In this document: positions 27,782-38,340 of the stretch, piece by piece
Numbering within the stretch: the first letter of the stretch is position 1
Layout: each line of letters opens with the position of its first letter
Source of the DNA: Alphaproteobacteria bacterium
Lineage (GTDB): Bacteria; Pseudomonadota; Alphaproteobacteria; GCA-2731375
Direction of reading: 5' to 3'
DNA length: 64,000 nucleotides
Assembly (NCBI GenBank): GCA_965232515.1
Contig: CBDDPY010000002.1
Coordinates: 3,040,001 to 3,104,000 of the forward strand
The notes under the pieces: model-generated
The model's database searches: none
The model's input: only the letters and a program-made list of their open reading frames with translations
What the model was told of the DNA's origin: nothing
Position numbers and translations under genes: made by a program

Positions 27782-27843
27782 CCCTCCGAAGCTCCTTGGA
27801 GCGAAGGGCCTGCCCCGCCGAAGCTCGCAGAGCGAAGGTGGGC
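27782..27843. repeat. Two tandem short palindromes (family C), CCxCCGAAGCTC..GAGCGAAGG
   Basis: CCCTCCGAAGCTCCTTGGAGCGAAGGG and CCCGCCGAAGCTCGCAGAGCGAAGGTGGG just past the gcvPB stop. Confidence 0.6.
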
Positions 27844-27855
27844 GGGCGGGCGACC

Positions 27856-29418
27856 TTACTCCGCCGCTTCCTGCACCGGCGGCCGCCAGCGCAGCACCGG
27901 CTTGCGGGCCGCGGCCGTCTCGTCGAGGCGGCGGCGCGGGGCGAGGCGCGGGGCCTGCTCGAACAGCTCGGTGTTGCCGGCCTTGGCCTGCCCGGCCAGG
28001 TGCCGCATGGCGCCGATGAACTGGTCCAGGCTGTCCTTGCTCTCGGTCTCGGTCGGCTCGATCAGCATGGCGCCGTGCACGACCAGTGGGAAATACATGG
28101 TCATCGGGTGGAAGCCCTCGTCGATCATCGCCTTGGCGAAGTCGAGCGTGCTGACGCCGGTGTCTTTCAGGAACCGGTCGTCGAACAGCACCTCGTGCAT
28201 GCAGACGCCGTCGAAGGCCGGCGTCATCACGTCGGCGAGCTGGCTGCGGACATAATTGGCGTTCAGCACTGCGTCGTCCGCCACCTGCCGCAGGCCGTCC
28301 GAGCCGTGGCTCATCATGTAGGCGAGCGCGCGCACGAACATGCCCATCTGGCCGTGGAAGCCCTTCATGCGGCCGAAGCTCCGGGCCACTTCCGCCGCGT
28401 CGGCCGGCCGCTCGGCGAGGCTGAGGCCGCTGTCCCCGTGCACCACCGCCGGCAGCGGCGCGAACGGCGCCAGCGCCGCCGACAGCACCACCGGCCCGCT
28501 GCCCGGCCCGCCGCCGCCGTGCGGCGTCGAGAAGGTCTTGTGCAGGTTGATGTGCATGCAGTCGATGCCGAGGTCGCCCGGCCGCACGCGGCCGACGATG
28601 GCGTTGAAGTTGGCGCCGTCGCAGTAGAAGAAGGCGCCGGCGTCGTGCACCGCGTCGGCGATCTCGATCATGTCGTTCTCGAACAACCCGCAGGTGTTCG
28701 GGTTGGTCAGCATGATCGCCGCCACCTTGGGGCCGAGCCTGGCCTTCAGCGCGGCGAGGTCGACGCGGCCGCGGTCGTCCGCCGGGATCGCCTCGACCCG
28801 GTAGCCGCACATGGCCGCCGTCGCGGGATTGGTGCCGTGCGCCGATTCCGGCACCAGCACGATCTCCCGCGCATCGCCCCGGTCTTCCAGGGCCGCGCGG
28901 ATGCACATCAGGCCGCAGAGCTCGCCCTGCGCCCCGGCGGCCGGCGACATGGCGACGGCCGGCATGCCGGTCAGGGTCTTCAGCCAGTGCGCCAGCTGGT
29001 CGATGAGGGCGAACGCCCCCTGCACCGTTTCCTCGGGCTGCATGGGGTGCAGCTCGGCGAAGCCCGGCAGCCGGGCGAGCTTTTCGTTCAGCCGCGGATT
29101 GTGCTTCATGGTGCAGGAGCCGAGCGGGTAGAGCCCGGAATCGATGGCGTAGTTCTTGCGCGACAGACGCACGAAGTGGCGCACCACCTGCGGCTCGGAC
29201 ACGCCCGGCAGGCCGATCGGCTGGTTGCGGGCGAGCCCGCCCAGGCGGTCGGCGACGGCGGCGGGCTCGGGCAGGTCGACGCCCGTCCGGCCCGGCGCGT
29301 CGAGTTCGAACAACAGCGGCTCCTCGTGGTCGAGGCCGCGATGGCCGGTCCAGGTCTCGGGCGCGCCGGTCTCGTTTCCGGCCGCGCGCGGCTTCGACAG
29401 ATCGCTCGAATGGCCCAT
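27856..29418 (-). CDS. gcvPB: Glycine dehydrogenase subunit 2
   Basis: YPLGSCTMKHNPR, SAHGTNPATA, MLTNPNT, HINLHKTFSTPHGGGGPG; ATG overlaps the gcvPA TGA. Confidence 0.97.
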   Translation of the reverse strand: MGHSSDLSKPRAAGNETGAPETWTGHRGLDHEEPLLFELDAPGRTGVDLPEPAAVADRLGGLARNQPIGLPGVSEPQVVRHFVRLSRKNYAIDSGLYPLGSCTMKHNPRLNEKLARLPGFAELHPMQPEETVQGAFALIDQLAHWLKTLTGMPAVAMSPAAGAQGELCGLMCIRAALEDRGDAREIVLVPESAHGTNPATAAMCGYRVEAIPADDRGRVDLAALKARLGPKVAAIMLTNPNTCGLFENDMIEIADAVHDAGAFFYCDGANFNAIVGRVRPGDLGIDCMHINLHKTFSTPHGGGGPGSGPVVLSAALAPFAPLPAVVHGDSGLSLAERPADAAEVARSFGRMKGFHGQMGMFVRALAYMMSHGSDGLRQVADDAVLNANYVRSQLADVMTPAFDGVCMHEVLFDDRFLKDTGVSTLDFAKAMIDEGFHPMTMYFPLVVHGAMLIEPTETESKDSLDQFIGAMRHLAGQAKAGNTELFEQAPRLAPRRRLDETAAARKPVLRWRPPVQEAAE

Positions 29419-30764
29419 CACAGCACCTCCTGCAAGCCGTCGACCAACGCGTCGATATCGGCGTCCGTATTGGTCTCGGTGGCGGCGAGGATTAGCAGAT
29501 CCTCCATGCCGGCGACCTCCGGGAATATCCGGCCTGCCGGCACGCCGCCCAGCACCTGACGCGCCGCCAGGGCCGAGACCACGTCGGCGGCGGGCTTCGG
29601 CAGCCGCAGCGTGAACTCGTTGAAGAAGGCGTCGGTCAGCAGCTCGACGCCCGGCAGCGTGGCTACGCGCTCGGCGAGCGTGACCGCCTTGGCGTGGTTG
29701 ATCTGCGCCAGGCGGCGGAAGCCCGCCTCGCCCAGCAGCGCCATGTGGATCGTGAAGGCGAGGCTGCACAGGCCTGAATTGGTGCAGATGTTGCTCGTCG
29801 CCTTCTCGCGACGAATATGCTGCTCGCGCGTCGACAGCGTCAGCACGTAGCCGCGCTGGCCGTCGGCGTCCTGGGTTTCGCCGCAGAGCCGGCCCGGCAT
29901 CTGCCGCACGTGTTTGTCGCGGCAGGCGAACAGGCCCAAGTACGGCCCGCCGAAGTTCAACGCGTTGCCGATGCTCTGGCCCTCGGCGACGACGATGTCG
30001 GCGCCCATCTCGCCGGGCGGCATCACCGCGCCGAGCGAGACCACTTCCGTCACCGCGACCACCAGCAGCGCGCCCTTCTCGTGCGCCGCCTTGGCGAGCG
30101 GGCGCAGGTCGGCGATGCGGCCGAACACATCCGGGTTCTGCACGACGACACAGGCCGTGTCGTCGTCGATCGCCGCGGCGATGTCGCCGCTTCCGCTCGC
30201 GTCCGGCGGCAGGGTCTCGACCGCGAAGTCGGTGAACTGCAGCAGCGTTTCCGTCGTCTCGCGGTAGTGCGGGTGCAGATTGCCGGCCAGCACGGCCTTC
30301 GCCCGGCGGGTCACACGTCCCGCCATCATCACAGCCTCGGCGCACGACGTGGCGCCGTCATACATGGACGCGTTCGCCACCTCCATGCCGGTGATCAGCG
30401 CGACCTGGGTCTGGAATTCGAACAGATACTGCAGCGTGCCTTGGCTGACCTCGGGCTGATAGGGCGTGTAGGAAGTGAGGAACTCGCTACGCTGGATCAG
30501 GTGGTCGACCGAGGCCGGCACGTGATGCCGGTAGGCCCCGGCGCCTAGGAAGCAGGGCGCCTGACGCGCCGACAGGTTGTCGCCGGCCAGCGCCTCCAGC
30601 GCCCGCTCGACCTCAAGCTCGCCGGCATGCGGCGGCAGGTCGACCGGCTTCGCGAGGCGCGCCTTCTCCGGCACGTCGACGAACAGGTCGTCGATCGCGC
30701 CGACACCGATGGAGCCCAGCATGGCCTGCCGGTCGGCGTCCGTCAGCGGCAGATAACGCATCAA
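29418..30764 (-). CDS. gcvPA: Glycine dehydrogenase subunit 1
   Basis: [44 protein letters not shown]. Confidence 0.97.
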   Translation of the reverse strand: MMRYLPLTDADRQAMLGSIGVGAIDDLFVDVPEKARLAKPVDLPPHAGELEVERALEALAGDNLSARQAPCFLGAGAYRHHVPASVDHLIQRSEFLTSYTPYQPEVSQGTLQYLFEFQTQVALITGMEVANASMYDGATSCAEAVMMAGRVTRRAKAVLAGNLHPHYRETTETLLQFTDFAVETLPPDASGSGDIAAAIDDDTACVVVQNPDVFGRIADLRPLAKAAHEKGALLVVAVTEVVSLGAVMPPGEMGADIVVAEGQSIGNALNFGGPYLGLFACRDKHVRQMPGRLCGETQDADGQRGYVLTLSTREQHIRREKATSNICTNSGLCSLAFTIHMALLGEAGFRRLAQINHAKAVTLAERVATLPGVELLTDAFFNEFTLRLPKPAADVVSALAARQVLGGVPAGRIFPEVAGMEDLLILAATETNTDADIDALVDGLQEVL

Positions 30765-31138
30765 TCAAGGCCCTCCACGAAGGTCTTGTAAGCGGCCTCG
30801 TCCATCAGCGCGTCGAGCGCGCCCGTATCGGCCAGCTTCAGCTTGAAGAACCAGGCCCCGCCCATGGGATCGGCGTTGACCTGGGCCGGATCGTCGACCA
30901 GCGCGTCGTTGACGGCGACCACCTCGCCGTCGGCGGGCGCGTAGATCTCGGCCGCCGCCTTCACCGACTCGACCACGGCCACCTCGTCGCCCTTCTTCAC
31001 CTGCTTGCCGACATCGGGCAGCTCGACGAAGACCACGTCGCCCAACTGCTCCTGCGCGAAGTCGGTGATGCCGCAGGTGCCGACGTCGCCGTCCAGGCCG
31101 ACCCATTCATGTTCCTCGGTGTAACGCTTTGTGCTCAT
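30761..31138 (-). CDS. gcvH: Glycine cleavage H protein
   Basis: [27 protein letters not shown], lipoyl motif VESVKAA. Confidence 0.97.
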   Translation of the reverse strand: MSTKRYTEEHEWVGLDGDVGTCGITDFAQEQLGDVVFVELPDVGKQVKKGDEVAVVESVKAAAEIYAPADGEVVAVNDALVDDPAQVNADPMGGAWFFKLKLADTGALDALMDEAAYKTFVEGLD

Positions 31139-31168
31139 TGCAGAAGCCTCCAGAGCTTGTTGGCGGCG

Positions 31169-32284
31169 TCAGCCGCGATAGTAGTTGTGCGGCACGAAGG
31201 GCAGCTTGACGACACTGGCCGGCAGGACCTTGCCGCGCACCATCAGACCCAGCGGTGTGTCGGCGGCGGCATGCGCCGTTTCGACGTAGCCCATCGCCAC
31301 CGGCCCCTCCGCCGACGGGCCGAAGCCGCCGCTGGTGACCTCGCCGATGCGCCGTCCGTCGCTGTCGACCACCTCCGTGTGCTCGCGCGCCGGCGCCCGA
31401 CCGTCCGGCTTGATGCCGACACGCCGACGCGGCGGGCCGTCCTGGATCTGCGCCAGAATCTTCTCGGCGCCTGGAAAGCCGCCTTCCGCCCGCCGGCGCT
31501 TGGCGATGGTCCAGAGCAGCGCCGCCTCGATCGGCGTCGTCGTCTCGTCGATGTCATGCCCGTAGAGGCAGAGGCCCGCCTCCAGCCGCAAACTGTCGCG
31601 GGCGCCGAGGCCGATCGCCTCGACCTCCGGCTCGGCCAGCAGGGCGCGCGCCAGCGCTTCAGCCTGGTCGGGCGCGACGGAGATCTCGAAGCCGTCCTCG
31701 CCGGTATAGCCCGACCGGCTGACGCCACAGTCGATGCCGGCGACGGTGAGCTTGCGCGATGTCATGAAGGTCATTTGCTCGGCGCCCGGCGCGAGGCGCG
31801 CCATCACCGCGGCGGCGGCTGGGCCCTGCAGGGCCAGCAGGCCCCACTCGCCGAAGGGCTCGACGTCGGCGCGGCCGGCGAGGCGGTCGCGCATGTGCGC
31901 GATGTCGGCGTCCTTGCAGGCGGCGTTGACCACCAGGTACAGGTGGTCGCCCGCGTTGGTTACCATCAGGTCGTCGAGGATGCCGCCGGCCTCGTTGGTC
32001 AGCAGCGTATAGCGCTGGCTGCCCTGAGCCAGCCCTTGAATGTCGCCCGGAACCAGGGTCTCGAGCGCCGTTGCGGGATCGTCGCCCCGGAGCCGCACCT
32101 GCCCCATATGCGAGACGTCGAACAGGCCGGCCGCCGACCGCGCGTGTAGATGCTCCTTGAGCACCCCCAGCGGATACTGCACCGGCATGTCGTAGCCGGC
32201 GAACGGAACCATCTTGGCGCCCAGCTCAACATGCAGGGCGTGCAACGGCGTTTGCTTGAGTGCTTGATCCCCGTTACTGGCCAT
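31169..32284 (-). CDS. gcvT: Glycine cleavage aminomethyltransferase T
   Basis: MVPFAGYDMPVQY, GLFDVSHMGQ, RSGYTGEDGFEI, GLGARDSLRLEAG; ATG 32284 with GGAGG. Confidence 0.97.
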   Translation of the reverse strand: MASNGDQALKQTPLHALHVELGAKMVPFAGYDMPVQYPLGVLKEHLHARSAAGLFDVSHMGQVRLRGDDPATALETLVPGDIQGLAQGSQRYTLLTNEAGGILDDLMVTNAGDHLYLVVNAACKDADIAHMRDRLAGRADVEPFGEWGLLALQGPAAAAVMARLAPGAEQMTFMTSRKLTVAGIDCGVSRSGYTGEDGFEISVAPDQAEALARALLAEPEVEAIGLGARDSLRLEAGLCLYGHDIDETTTPIEAALLWTIAKRRRAEGGFPGAEKILAQIQDGPPRRRVGIKPDGRAPAREHTEVVDSDGRRIGEVTSGGFGPSAEGPVAMGYVETAHAAADTPLGLMVRGKVLPASVVKLPFVPHNYYRG

Positions 32285-32335
32285 CCGATCCTCCGACACC
32301 AGGTGCCTGACGACAGCCCCCTTGGCTGCGTCATG

Positions 32336-32550
32336 CCCCCTCTGTCGTCGGACCTGAGATATTCACCCGGCACGGCGGCGAACCGCGTATCGGGCTTCCC
32401 CCTTCGGTGGAGCGCGTTCGGGTCTATCGAACACGCCCGCTTTCCAGAGAGCCATCCCCCTGCGGTCCGGGTGCCTGAGAGTTTCCGGGGCGGTTGCTCC
32501 TTCGGCGGCGACCACGGCCTGTGGCCCGTCGCGCTCTCCCGCAGGGATCA
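32336..32550 (-). ncRNA. Tandem glycine riboswitch
   Basis: Minus strand: GCGGGAGAG..CGCCGAAGGAGCAA..GAAACTCTCAGGC..GGACCGC then CTCTGGAAAG..CACCGAAGGGG..AATATCTCAGGT..GACAGAG, upstream of gcvT. Confidence 0.95.
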
Positions 32551-32650
32551 TCTGTATGGTCGGCGCCGCCTTGCGACCGCGTCGATAGATAGGATCATAG
32601 GCCGTCACCGGCCCAAGTCAACGCGGACCCCCGGCCGCGCGGGCGGCCGC

Positions 32651-33181
32651 CTAGCGGCGGTTCTGCTCCAGCTGTTCGGCGGTCAGCTGGAAGCCAACCA
32701 GGACCTCGTAGTTCGCGCCGCTATCCTCGCCCGAGAGCGGCAGCTCCTGGTCGATTTCCTCGCGAACGCCGGCCCGGCGCTGGCGCCGGTCGAATTCGAT
32801 GACGCTGTCGAACACTTCCTTGGCCAGGATGTTCTGGCGCGAATCGGCAATGGCGACGAAGAACGGGAAGTTGGTGGATCCGTCCTCCGCCGCCGGCCCA
32901 CGGGTGGCGACGATATCGATCGCCAGCGCCGCCGTCAGCCGGCCATCGCGCAGATAGCGGCAGCTGAACTGGACGTTGCTGATCTCGGCCTGATAGCGCA
33001 CGTCGGTCAGGTCGCGCCCAGCACCCTCGCGATACTGGGTCAGGCGCGCCGCATCGCTGACGATCGACACCGTGGGGCACGGTCCCTGCGGGCTCGGAAA
33101 AAGCGTATCGCAGCCTGTCAGCACGGCCACCGAAGCGACCGCCAGCAGACCCGAACCGACATGCCGGCGGGCTAATTTCAT
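32651..33181 (-). CDS. Conserved alphaproteobacterial lipoprotein
   Basis: Lipobox LTGC, CP.VSI..DA.RLT.Y, RGPA, P.FVA, VGFQLT.EQL..NR. Confidence 0.7.
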   Translation of the reverse strand: MKLARRHVGSGLLAVASVAVLTGCDTLFPSPQGPCPTVSIVSDAARLTQYREGAGRDLTDVRYQAEISNVQFSCRYLRDGRLTAALAIDIVATRGPAAEDGSTNFPFFVAIADSRQNILAKEVFDSVIEFDRRQRRAGVREEIDQELPLSGEDSGANYEVLVGFQLTAEQLEQNRR

Positions 33182-33188
33182 TGTCTCA

Positions 33189-33428
33189 TTAGAGAGCGTT
33201 GTGGCTGCCGTCGCACATGGGGGAATTCTTGGTGTTCTTGCAGCCGCAGAAGAACACGCTGCGGCTGGCCTCGGCCTTGTAGGCGACCGGCGTGAATTCG
33301 GAGCCCTTGTGGCTGCCGTCGCAAAACGGCTGCATCTTGCTTTTGCCGCAGGCACACCAGAAATAGGATTTGCCGGCCTCGACCTGCACTTCGTAGGGCG
33401 CGGTCTGCGCGACAACCGGATCGGCCAT
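33189..33428 (-). CDS. CDGSH iron-sulfur protein with two CDGSH motifs
   Basis: WCACGKSKMQPFCDGSH and FCGCKNTKNSPMCDGSH; ATG 33428. Confidence 0.92.
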   Translation of the reverse strand: MADPVVAQTAPYEVQVEAGKSYFWCACGKSKMQPFCDGSHKGSEFTPVAYKAEASRSVFFCGCKNTKNSPMCDGSHNAL

Positions 33429-33574
33429 GACTACCCTTTCCTCCGAACGGAGACTGTAATAGGTTGCGGCGCTGCCACGTCGAGGTTGACGGCCGCAACG
33501 GCGCCGCCACGTTAGAGATATGCGCCGCGATGCACAAGAACGGCGTCGGCGCAGGTTCACCGGTAGATGACGCG

Positions 33575-34537
33575 ATGACAAAACCGACGACAAAGCCGCC
33601 GTTGGATATCCTGCTGGCCGCGCCGCGCGGGTTCTGCGCCGGCGTCGACCGGGCGATTCAGATCGTCGAGCTGGCGCTGGCGAAATACGGACCGCCGGTC
33701 TACGTGCGGCACGAAATCGTACACAACCGGTTCGTGGTCGAGAACCTTGAGAAGGACGGCGCCGTCTTCGTCGACGAGCTGGACGAGGTGCCCGCGGATG
33801 CACCGGTCGTGTTCTCGGCCCATGGGGTGCCCAAATCGGTGCCAGCCGAGGCACAGCGCCGCAAGCTGTTCTATCTCGACGCCACCTGCCCCCTGGTCTC
33901 GAAGGTGCACCGCGAGGCCGAGCGGCATTTCGCGCAAGACAGGCACATCGTGATGATCGGCCATGCCGGGCATCCGGAGGTGATCGGCACCATGGGCCAG
34001 CTGCCAGATGGCGCCATCAGCCTGGTCGAGACCACGGCCGATGCCGAGATCGTCGACCCACCGGACCCGGCACGGCTGGCCTACATCACCCAGACCACCC
34101 TGTCGGTCGACGAGACCGCCGATGTCGTCGCCAAGCTGCGTCAACGCTTCCCCGAAATCGTCGGGCCCAAAAAGGAAGACATCTGCTACGCCACGACCAA
34201 CCGGCAGAACGCGGTCAAGGCCATCGCCGCGCGGTGCGACGCCTTCCTGGTGATCGGCGCGCCGAACTCGTCGAACTCGCTGCGTCTCGTCGAGGTCGCA
34301 CAGCGGGCCGGTTGCCCGCAGGCCATGCTGGTGCAGCGCGCCGGCGACATCGACTGGCCGGCGTTGGTCGAAGCGCGCGCCGTCGGCATCAGCGCCGGCG
34401 CGTCGGCGCCGGAACTGCTGGTCGAGGAGGTGATCGGCGCCTTCCGCGACCGCTACGCGGTCCGCATCGAGGAAGTCGAGGCGGCGTCCGAAAACGTCGA
34501 GTTCAAGCTGCCGCGCGAACTGCGCGCGAGCGCCTGA
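33575..34537 (+). CDS. ispH: 4-hydroxy-3-methylbut-2-enyl diphosphate reductase
   Basis: [48 protein letters not shown]. Confidence 0.97.
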   Translation: MTKPTTKPPLDILLAAPRGFCAGVDRAIQIVELALAKYGPPVYVRHEIVHNRFVVENLEKDGAVFVDELDEVPADAPVVFSAHGVPKSVPAEAQRRKLFYLDATCPLVSKVHREAERHFAQDRHIVMIGHAGHPEVIGTMGQLPDGAISLVETTADAEIVDPPDPARLAYITQTTLSVDETADVVAKLRQRFPEIVGPKKEDICYATTNRQNAVKAIAARCDAFLVIGAPNSSNSLRLVEVAQRAGCPQAMLVQRAGDIDWPALVEARAVGISAGASAPELLVEEVIGAFRDRYAVRIEEVEAASENVEFKLPRELRASA

Positions 34538-34561
34538 GCACGCCACCACGGCGACGGTTCC

Positions 34562-35524
34562 ATGGCTGTCTACACGGAAGTCGACGACGACGAACTGGCC
34601 GCATTCGTTGCCGGCTATGACATCGGCGAGGTCACGGCCTGCAAAGGCATCGCCGAGGGCGTGGAGAACTCCAACTTCCTGCTGCAGACCGACCGCGACA
34701 GCTTCATTCTGACGATCTACGAGAAACGCGTCCGGCCGGACGATCTGCCGTTCTTCCTGGGACTGATGAACCATCTGGCCATGCGCGACGTGCCTTGCCC
34801 GACGCCGCTTCACGGCCGCGACGGCGTCGCCCTGCGTACGCTCGCCGGGAAACCGGCGGCGATCGTCACCTTCCTGCAGGGGGTCTGGCCGAAGCGACCG
34901 ACGGCGCAGCATTGCGGCGAGCTCGGCGCGGCCATGGCGCGCATGCATCTCGGCGGCGACGGCTTTGCGCTGACCCGCGCCAACGATCTGTCGGTCGACG
35001 GCTGGCGGCGGTTGGTGGTGTCGACGGAGTTGCGGGCGGACACCGTGATGCAGGGACTCGCGCGTGAGATCGCATCAGAGTTCCGCGACCTCGAACGCAA
35101 CTGGCCAAGCGGCCTGCCGTCGGGCGTGATCCATGCCGACCTGTTTCCCGACAACGTATTCTTCCTGGGCGAGAAGCTGTCGGGTCTGATCGACTTCTAC
35201 TTCGCCTGCAACGACGCGCTGGCCTACGACCTTGCGGTCTGCCTCAACGCCTGGTGCTTCGAGGGCAATGTCGAGTTCAACATTACCAAGGCCCGCCGGC
35301 TGCTGCGCGGTTACCGCGAGGTCCGCGACATCGGCGCCGACGAGATGGAGGCCCTGCCATGGCTGGCGCGCGGGGCGGCGCTCCGGTTCCTGCTGACGCG
35401 GCTGTTCGACTGGTTGAACCAGGTCGACGGCGCGCTGGTGAAACCGAAGGATCCGCTGGAATACCTGGCCCGGCTTCGCTTTCACCAGCACGTGCCCGGC
35501 GCCGGCGCCTACGGATTGGACTAG
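34562..35524 (+). CDS. thrB: Homoserine kinase type II
   Basis: [47 protein letters not shown]. Confidence 0.95.
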   Translation: MAVYTEVDDDELAAFVAGYDIGEVTACKGIAEGVENSNFLLQTDRDSFILTIYEKRVRPDDLPFFLGLMNHLAMRDVPCPTPLHGRDGVALRTLAGKPAAIVTFLQGVWPKRPTAQHCGELGAAMARMHLGGDGFALTRANDLSVDGWRRLVVSTELRADTVMQGLAREIASEFRDLERNWPSGLPSGVIHADLFPDNVFFLGEKLSGLIDFYFACNDALAYDLAVCLNAWCFEGNVEFNITKARRLLRGYREVRDIGADEMEALPWLARGAALRFLLTRLFDWLNQVDGALVKPKDPLEYLARLRFHQHVPGAGAYGLD

Positions 35525-35526
35525 AT

Positions 35527-35967
35527 ATGGCTGATGTTGTTGAGATCTATACCGATGGCGCCTGCTCGGGCAATCCGGGGCCGGGCGGCTGGGGCGTGCT
35601 GTTGCGGTTCGACGGGAACGAGAAGGAGCTGAAGGGCGGCGCGCGGGAGACCACCAACAACCGGATGGAGATGACGGCGGCCATCGAGGCGTTGTCGGCG
35701 TTGAAGCGGCCGTGCCAGGTACGCCTGCACACGGACAGCACCTATCTGAAGGACGGTATCACCAGCTGGATTCACAACTGGAAGCGCAACGGCTGGAAGA
35801 CCGCGGCCAAGAAGCCGGTCAAGAACGAAGACCTCTGGCGCCGACTGGACGCGCTGTTGGCCAATCACGAGATCGCGTGGCATTGGGTGAAAGGCCATGC
35901 CGGCCACCCCGAAAACGAGCGCGCCGACGCCCTCGCCCGCGAGGGCATGACCCCCTACCTGCGCTAG
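35527..35967 (+). CDS. rnhA: Ribonuclease HI
   Basis: [42 protein letters not shown]. Confidence 0.97.
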   Translation: MADVVEIYTDGACSGNPGPGGWGVLLRFDGNEKELKGGARETTNNRMEMTAAIEALSALKRPCQVRLHTDSTYLKDGITSWIHNWKRNGWKTAAKKPVKNEDLWRRLDALLANHEIAWHWVKGHAGHPENERADALAREGMTPYLR

Positions 35968-35979
35968 CGCCAATCGCGG

Positions 35980-36435
35980 CTAGGGCAGGCTGGCCTCGAC
36001 CTGCAGCACGACGCCGTCAACACCGGTCACTCTGACCTGCGCCCCGGTCGGCAGATCCGGCCCGGACAGTTTCCACATCGTATCGTCAATATGCGCCTTG
36101 CCGTTGCCGTTCACGATCGGCTCGGCGAGCGTCAAAGTGCGACCGACATACTGCTCGCCGCGGCGGTTCAAAGTCGGATGATCGGTCTCGATCGGGCTGC
36201 GCTTCAGATAGCGCCGGGCGGCGGCGATACTGATGACCGACAGCGCCGCGAAGATCAGGAACTGGTAGCGCCAGTCGAGGCCCGGCACGAACAGGACGAC
36301 GAGGCCGACAACGCCGGCCGCGATGCCCATCCACAGAAACACCGCGCCGGGGATGACGATCTCCAGGATGACGAGCGCGACGCCGGCGACCCACCAGGCC
36401 CAATAGTCCAGCGTCATCAGCCACTGTTCGATCAT
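35980..36435 (-). CDS. NfeD family protein
   Basis: WW..G..L.ILE...PG..FLW.G, LNRRG.QYVGR, C-terminal OB fold; coupled to the SPFH gene. Confidence 0.9.
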   Translation of the reverse strand: MIEQWLMTLDYWAWWVAGVALVILEIVIPGAVFLWMGIAAGVVGLVVLFVPGLDWRYQFLIFAALSVISIAAARRYLKRSPIETDHPTLNRRGEQYVGRTLTLAEPIVNGNGKAHIDDTMWKLSGPDLPTGAQVRVTGVDGVVLQVEASLP

Positions 36436-37481
36436 GCGCCGTCGCTCCACGGCCCGGCTGGCCGGTTGGGACCGGCGGATGCCGGCGGCGTTGTCGGCGC
36501 CGGCGGGGTCGGCCGCGGCGGGGATGGCGGCTGGCTGCCGTTACCCTGACCGCCTCCGGCGCCGAAGGCCTGCGCGGCGATTTCGCCGATGCCCCCCAGC
36601 GCGCCGATCACGGACGACGCCTCCAGCGGCATGAACAGAATCTTCTGGTTCGGCGAGGTGGCGAACTGGCCCAGCGCTTCGACGTAGCGCTGCGCCACGA
36701 AGTAATTGATCGATTGCACGTCGCCCTGCGCGATCGCCTCCGACACCATGGTCGTCGCCTTGGCCTCCGCTTCGGCCTCGCGCTCGCGTGCCTCGGCATC
36801 CCGGAAGGCGGCCTCGCGCCGGCCCTCGGCCTCCAGGATCGCGGACTGCTTCTGTCCCTCGGCGCGCAGGATCTCGGCGTTCCGATCACCCTCGGCTTCC
36901 AGAATCGTGGCCCGCTTTTCGCGCTCGGCCTTCATCTGCCGGGCCATGGCGTCGACCAGATCGCGCGGCGGCGCGATGTCCTTGATCTCGATCCGCGTGA
37001 CCTTCACGCCCCACGGCGTGGTCGCCTCGTCGACCACGGTCAACAGCCGGTGATTGATCTCGTCACGCTTGGACAGCAGTTCGTCCAGGTCCATGGAACC
37101 CATGACCGTCCGGATGTTGGTCATGGTCAGGTTCAAGGTTGCGAGCTCGAGCTGGCGAACCTCATAGGCCGCCTTGGCCGCATCCAGGATCTGATAAAAG
37201 ACCACACCGTCGACGGCCACCATGGCGTTGTCCTTGGTGATGACTTCCTGCGTCGGCACGTCCAGGACCTGCTCCATCATGTTCATTTTGGCGCCGATCC
37301 GGTCGATGATCGGTACGATCAGATGCAGGCCGGGCCGAAGTGTCCGCGTGTATCTGCCGAACCGCTCGACGGTGTATTCCATGCCCTGCTCGACAGACTT
37401 CACGCCCATCGCCACCAGCAACAACGCCAGCACGACAATGGCGAAGACGAAAATCGTAAATCCACTCAATGAAATGAACAT
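36432..37481 (-). CDS. SPFH/band 7 domain protein (QmcA-like)
   Basis: [51 protein letters not shown]; Pro-rich tail. Confidence 0.93.
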   Translation of the reverse strand: MFISLSGFTIFVFAIVVLALLLVAMGVKSVEQGMEYTVERFGRYTRTLRPGLHLIVPIIDRIGAKMNMMEQVLDVPTQEVITKDNAMVAVDGVVFYQILDAAKAAYEVRQLELATLNLTMTNIRTVMGSMDLDELLSKRDEINHRLLTVVDEATTPWGVKVTRIEIKDIAPPRDLVDAMARQMKAEREKRATILEAEGDRNAEILRAEGQKQSAILEAEGRREAAFRDAEAREREAEAEAKATTMVSEAIAQGDVQSINYFVAQRYVEALGQFATSPNQKILFMPLEASSVIGALGGIGEIAAQAFGAGGGQGNGSQPPSPPRPTPPAPTTPPASAGPNRPAGPWSDGA

Positions 37482-37575
37482 GGCCCGATCCCCTTAACTA
37501 TTCCCATTGCCATGACCGTAACTTTGCCGCAGGCTGCCGCGATTACAACCGGAATAGCTGTATGGAAGTCCGGGC

Positions 37576-38061
37576 ATGCAAAGCCGCAGCCGAATTCATT
37601 CATTCCATCCCGATCGTTACGGCGACGTTAAGACGGCGGTACGCGCGCTGCTGCACGCCGCCGGCGGCGAGGCGAAAGCCGCCGAAATGTGCCGGGTTTC
37701 GAAGTCGACGCTGTCCGAATACGGCAATCCGGCGCATGCCGACCGGCATATGCCGATCGACGTCGTGCTGGCGCTGGAAACGGCCACCGGCGAAATGCCG
37801 GTCAGCGGACACCTGGCTGCAACGCAGGATTGTGTGCTGTTGCGCCTTCCCGATGCCGATGCGGAGCCGGAATGGCTGGCGCATCTGACCAATATCGGCA
37901 AGGAAGCAGGCGACGTCTTCAACCGGGCCGGCGAGTTCCTGGCAGATGACGGCGACATCGACGCAACCGAGGCGCCGGCGCTGCTGCGCGAAGTCGACGA
38001 ACTGCTGATGGCCGTTGCGGGCATGCGGGCCGCGGTGCGCGGCCGTCTGTCGACCGATTGA
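37576..38061 (+). CDS. Phage CII-like HTH regulatory protein
   Basis: K.A.RAL..AAGG...AA..CRVSKSTLS.Y.NP....MPIDV..ALE and C-terminal KE.GD......LADDG.I...EA..L..E pattern. Confidence 0.6.
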   Translation: MQSRSRIHSFHPDRYGDVKTAVRALLHAAGGEAKAAEMCRVSKSTLSEYGNPAHADRHMPIDVVLALETATGEMPVSGHLAATQDCVLLRLPDADAEPEWLAHLTNIGKEAGDVFNRAGEFLADDGDIDATEAPALLREVDELLMAVAGMRAAVRGRLSTD

Positions 38062-38229
38062 TTCCGCCGAGCACCGGCCGGCCGGCAAAGAAAAACGCCG
38101 CCCGCTATGTTTCGGACGGCGTTTGTAGGAGCCCTTGCCCTTTTTGGCGCTGACCACCCGCTGTCGAAGCAACGGCTGGGTCAACGCGCGGGCGACCGGA
38201 TTGCCCGATCGTCTGATGCGCCGGCGCAT
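37600..38229 (-). CDS. arfA: Alternative ribosome-rescue factor A-like; the conserved part is the first ~40 codons and the frame has no stop before an internal terminator
   Basis: GGAGGTGAAC-ATG; NPVARALTQPLLRQRVVSAKKGKGSYKRRPKH contains the ArfA KKGKGSY.R..KH signature. Confidence 0.8.
   Translation of the reverse strand: MRRRIRRSGNPVARALTQPLLRQRVVSAKKGKGSYKRRPKHSGRRFSLPAGRCSAESIGRQTAAHRGPHARNGHQQFVDFAQQRRRLGCVDVAVICQELAGPVEDVACFLADIGQMRQPFRLRIGIGKAQQHTILRCSQVSADRHFAGGRFQRQHDVDRHMPVGMRRIAVFGQRRLRNPAHFGGFRLAAGGVQQRAYRRLNVAVTIGME
38087..38124 (-). terminator. Intrinsic terminator inside the arfA reading frame
   Basis: Minus strand AAACGCCGUCCG-AAACAUAG-CGGGCGGCGUUU followed by UUCUUU. Confidence 0.75.
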
Positions 38230-38280
38230 GTTCACCTCCATCGCTGGTTTGGTCCGCCTATGTAAACAAACAGAGGTAAA

Positions 38281-38306
38281 AGAAAAAGGGGCCGAAGCCC
38301 CTTTTC
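38281..38306. terminator. Rho-independent terminator after peroxiredoxin (bidirectional form)
   Basis: AAAAAGGGGC-CGAA-GCCCCTTTT. Confidence 0.85.
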
Positions 38307-38340
38307 GATCACTATGGCCGGTTGAGGCGGGTATCTGGTC

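Noticed and set aside
8085-27843. Palindromic repeats with variable spacers considered as a CRISPR array or integron attC sites
   Set aside because: They occur as isolated inverted pairs, not regular direct arrays; no cas or integrase gene; no convincing attC core sites
29419-30345. Apparent 829-aa GcvP formed by upstream extension
   Set aside because: The extension overlaps gcvPA out of frame; the split PA/PB arrangement with overlapping TGA/ATG is normal
37576-38241. Prophage suggested by the CII-like gene
   Set aside because: No integrase, structural or replication genes; the flanks are housekeeping
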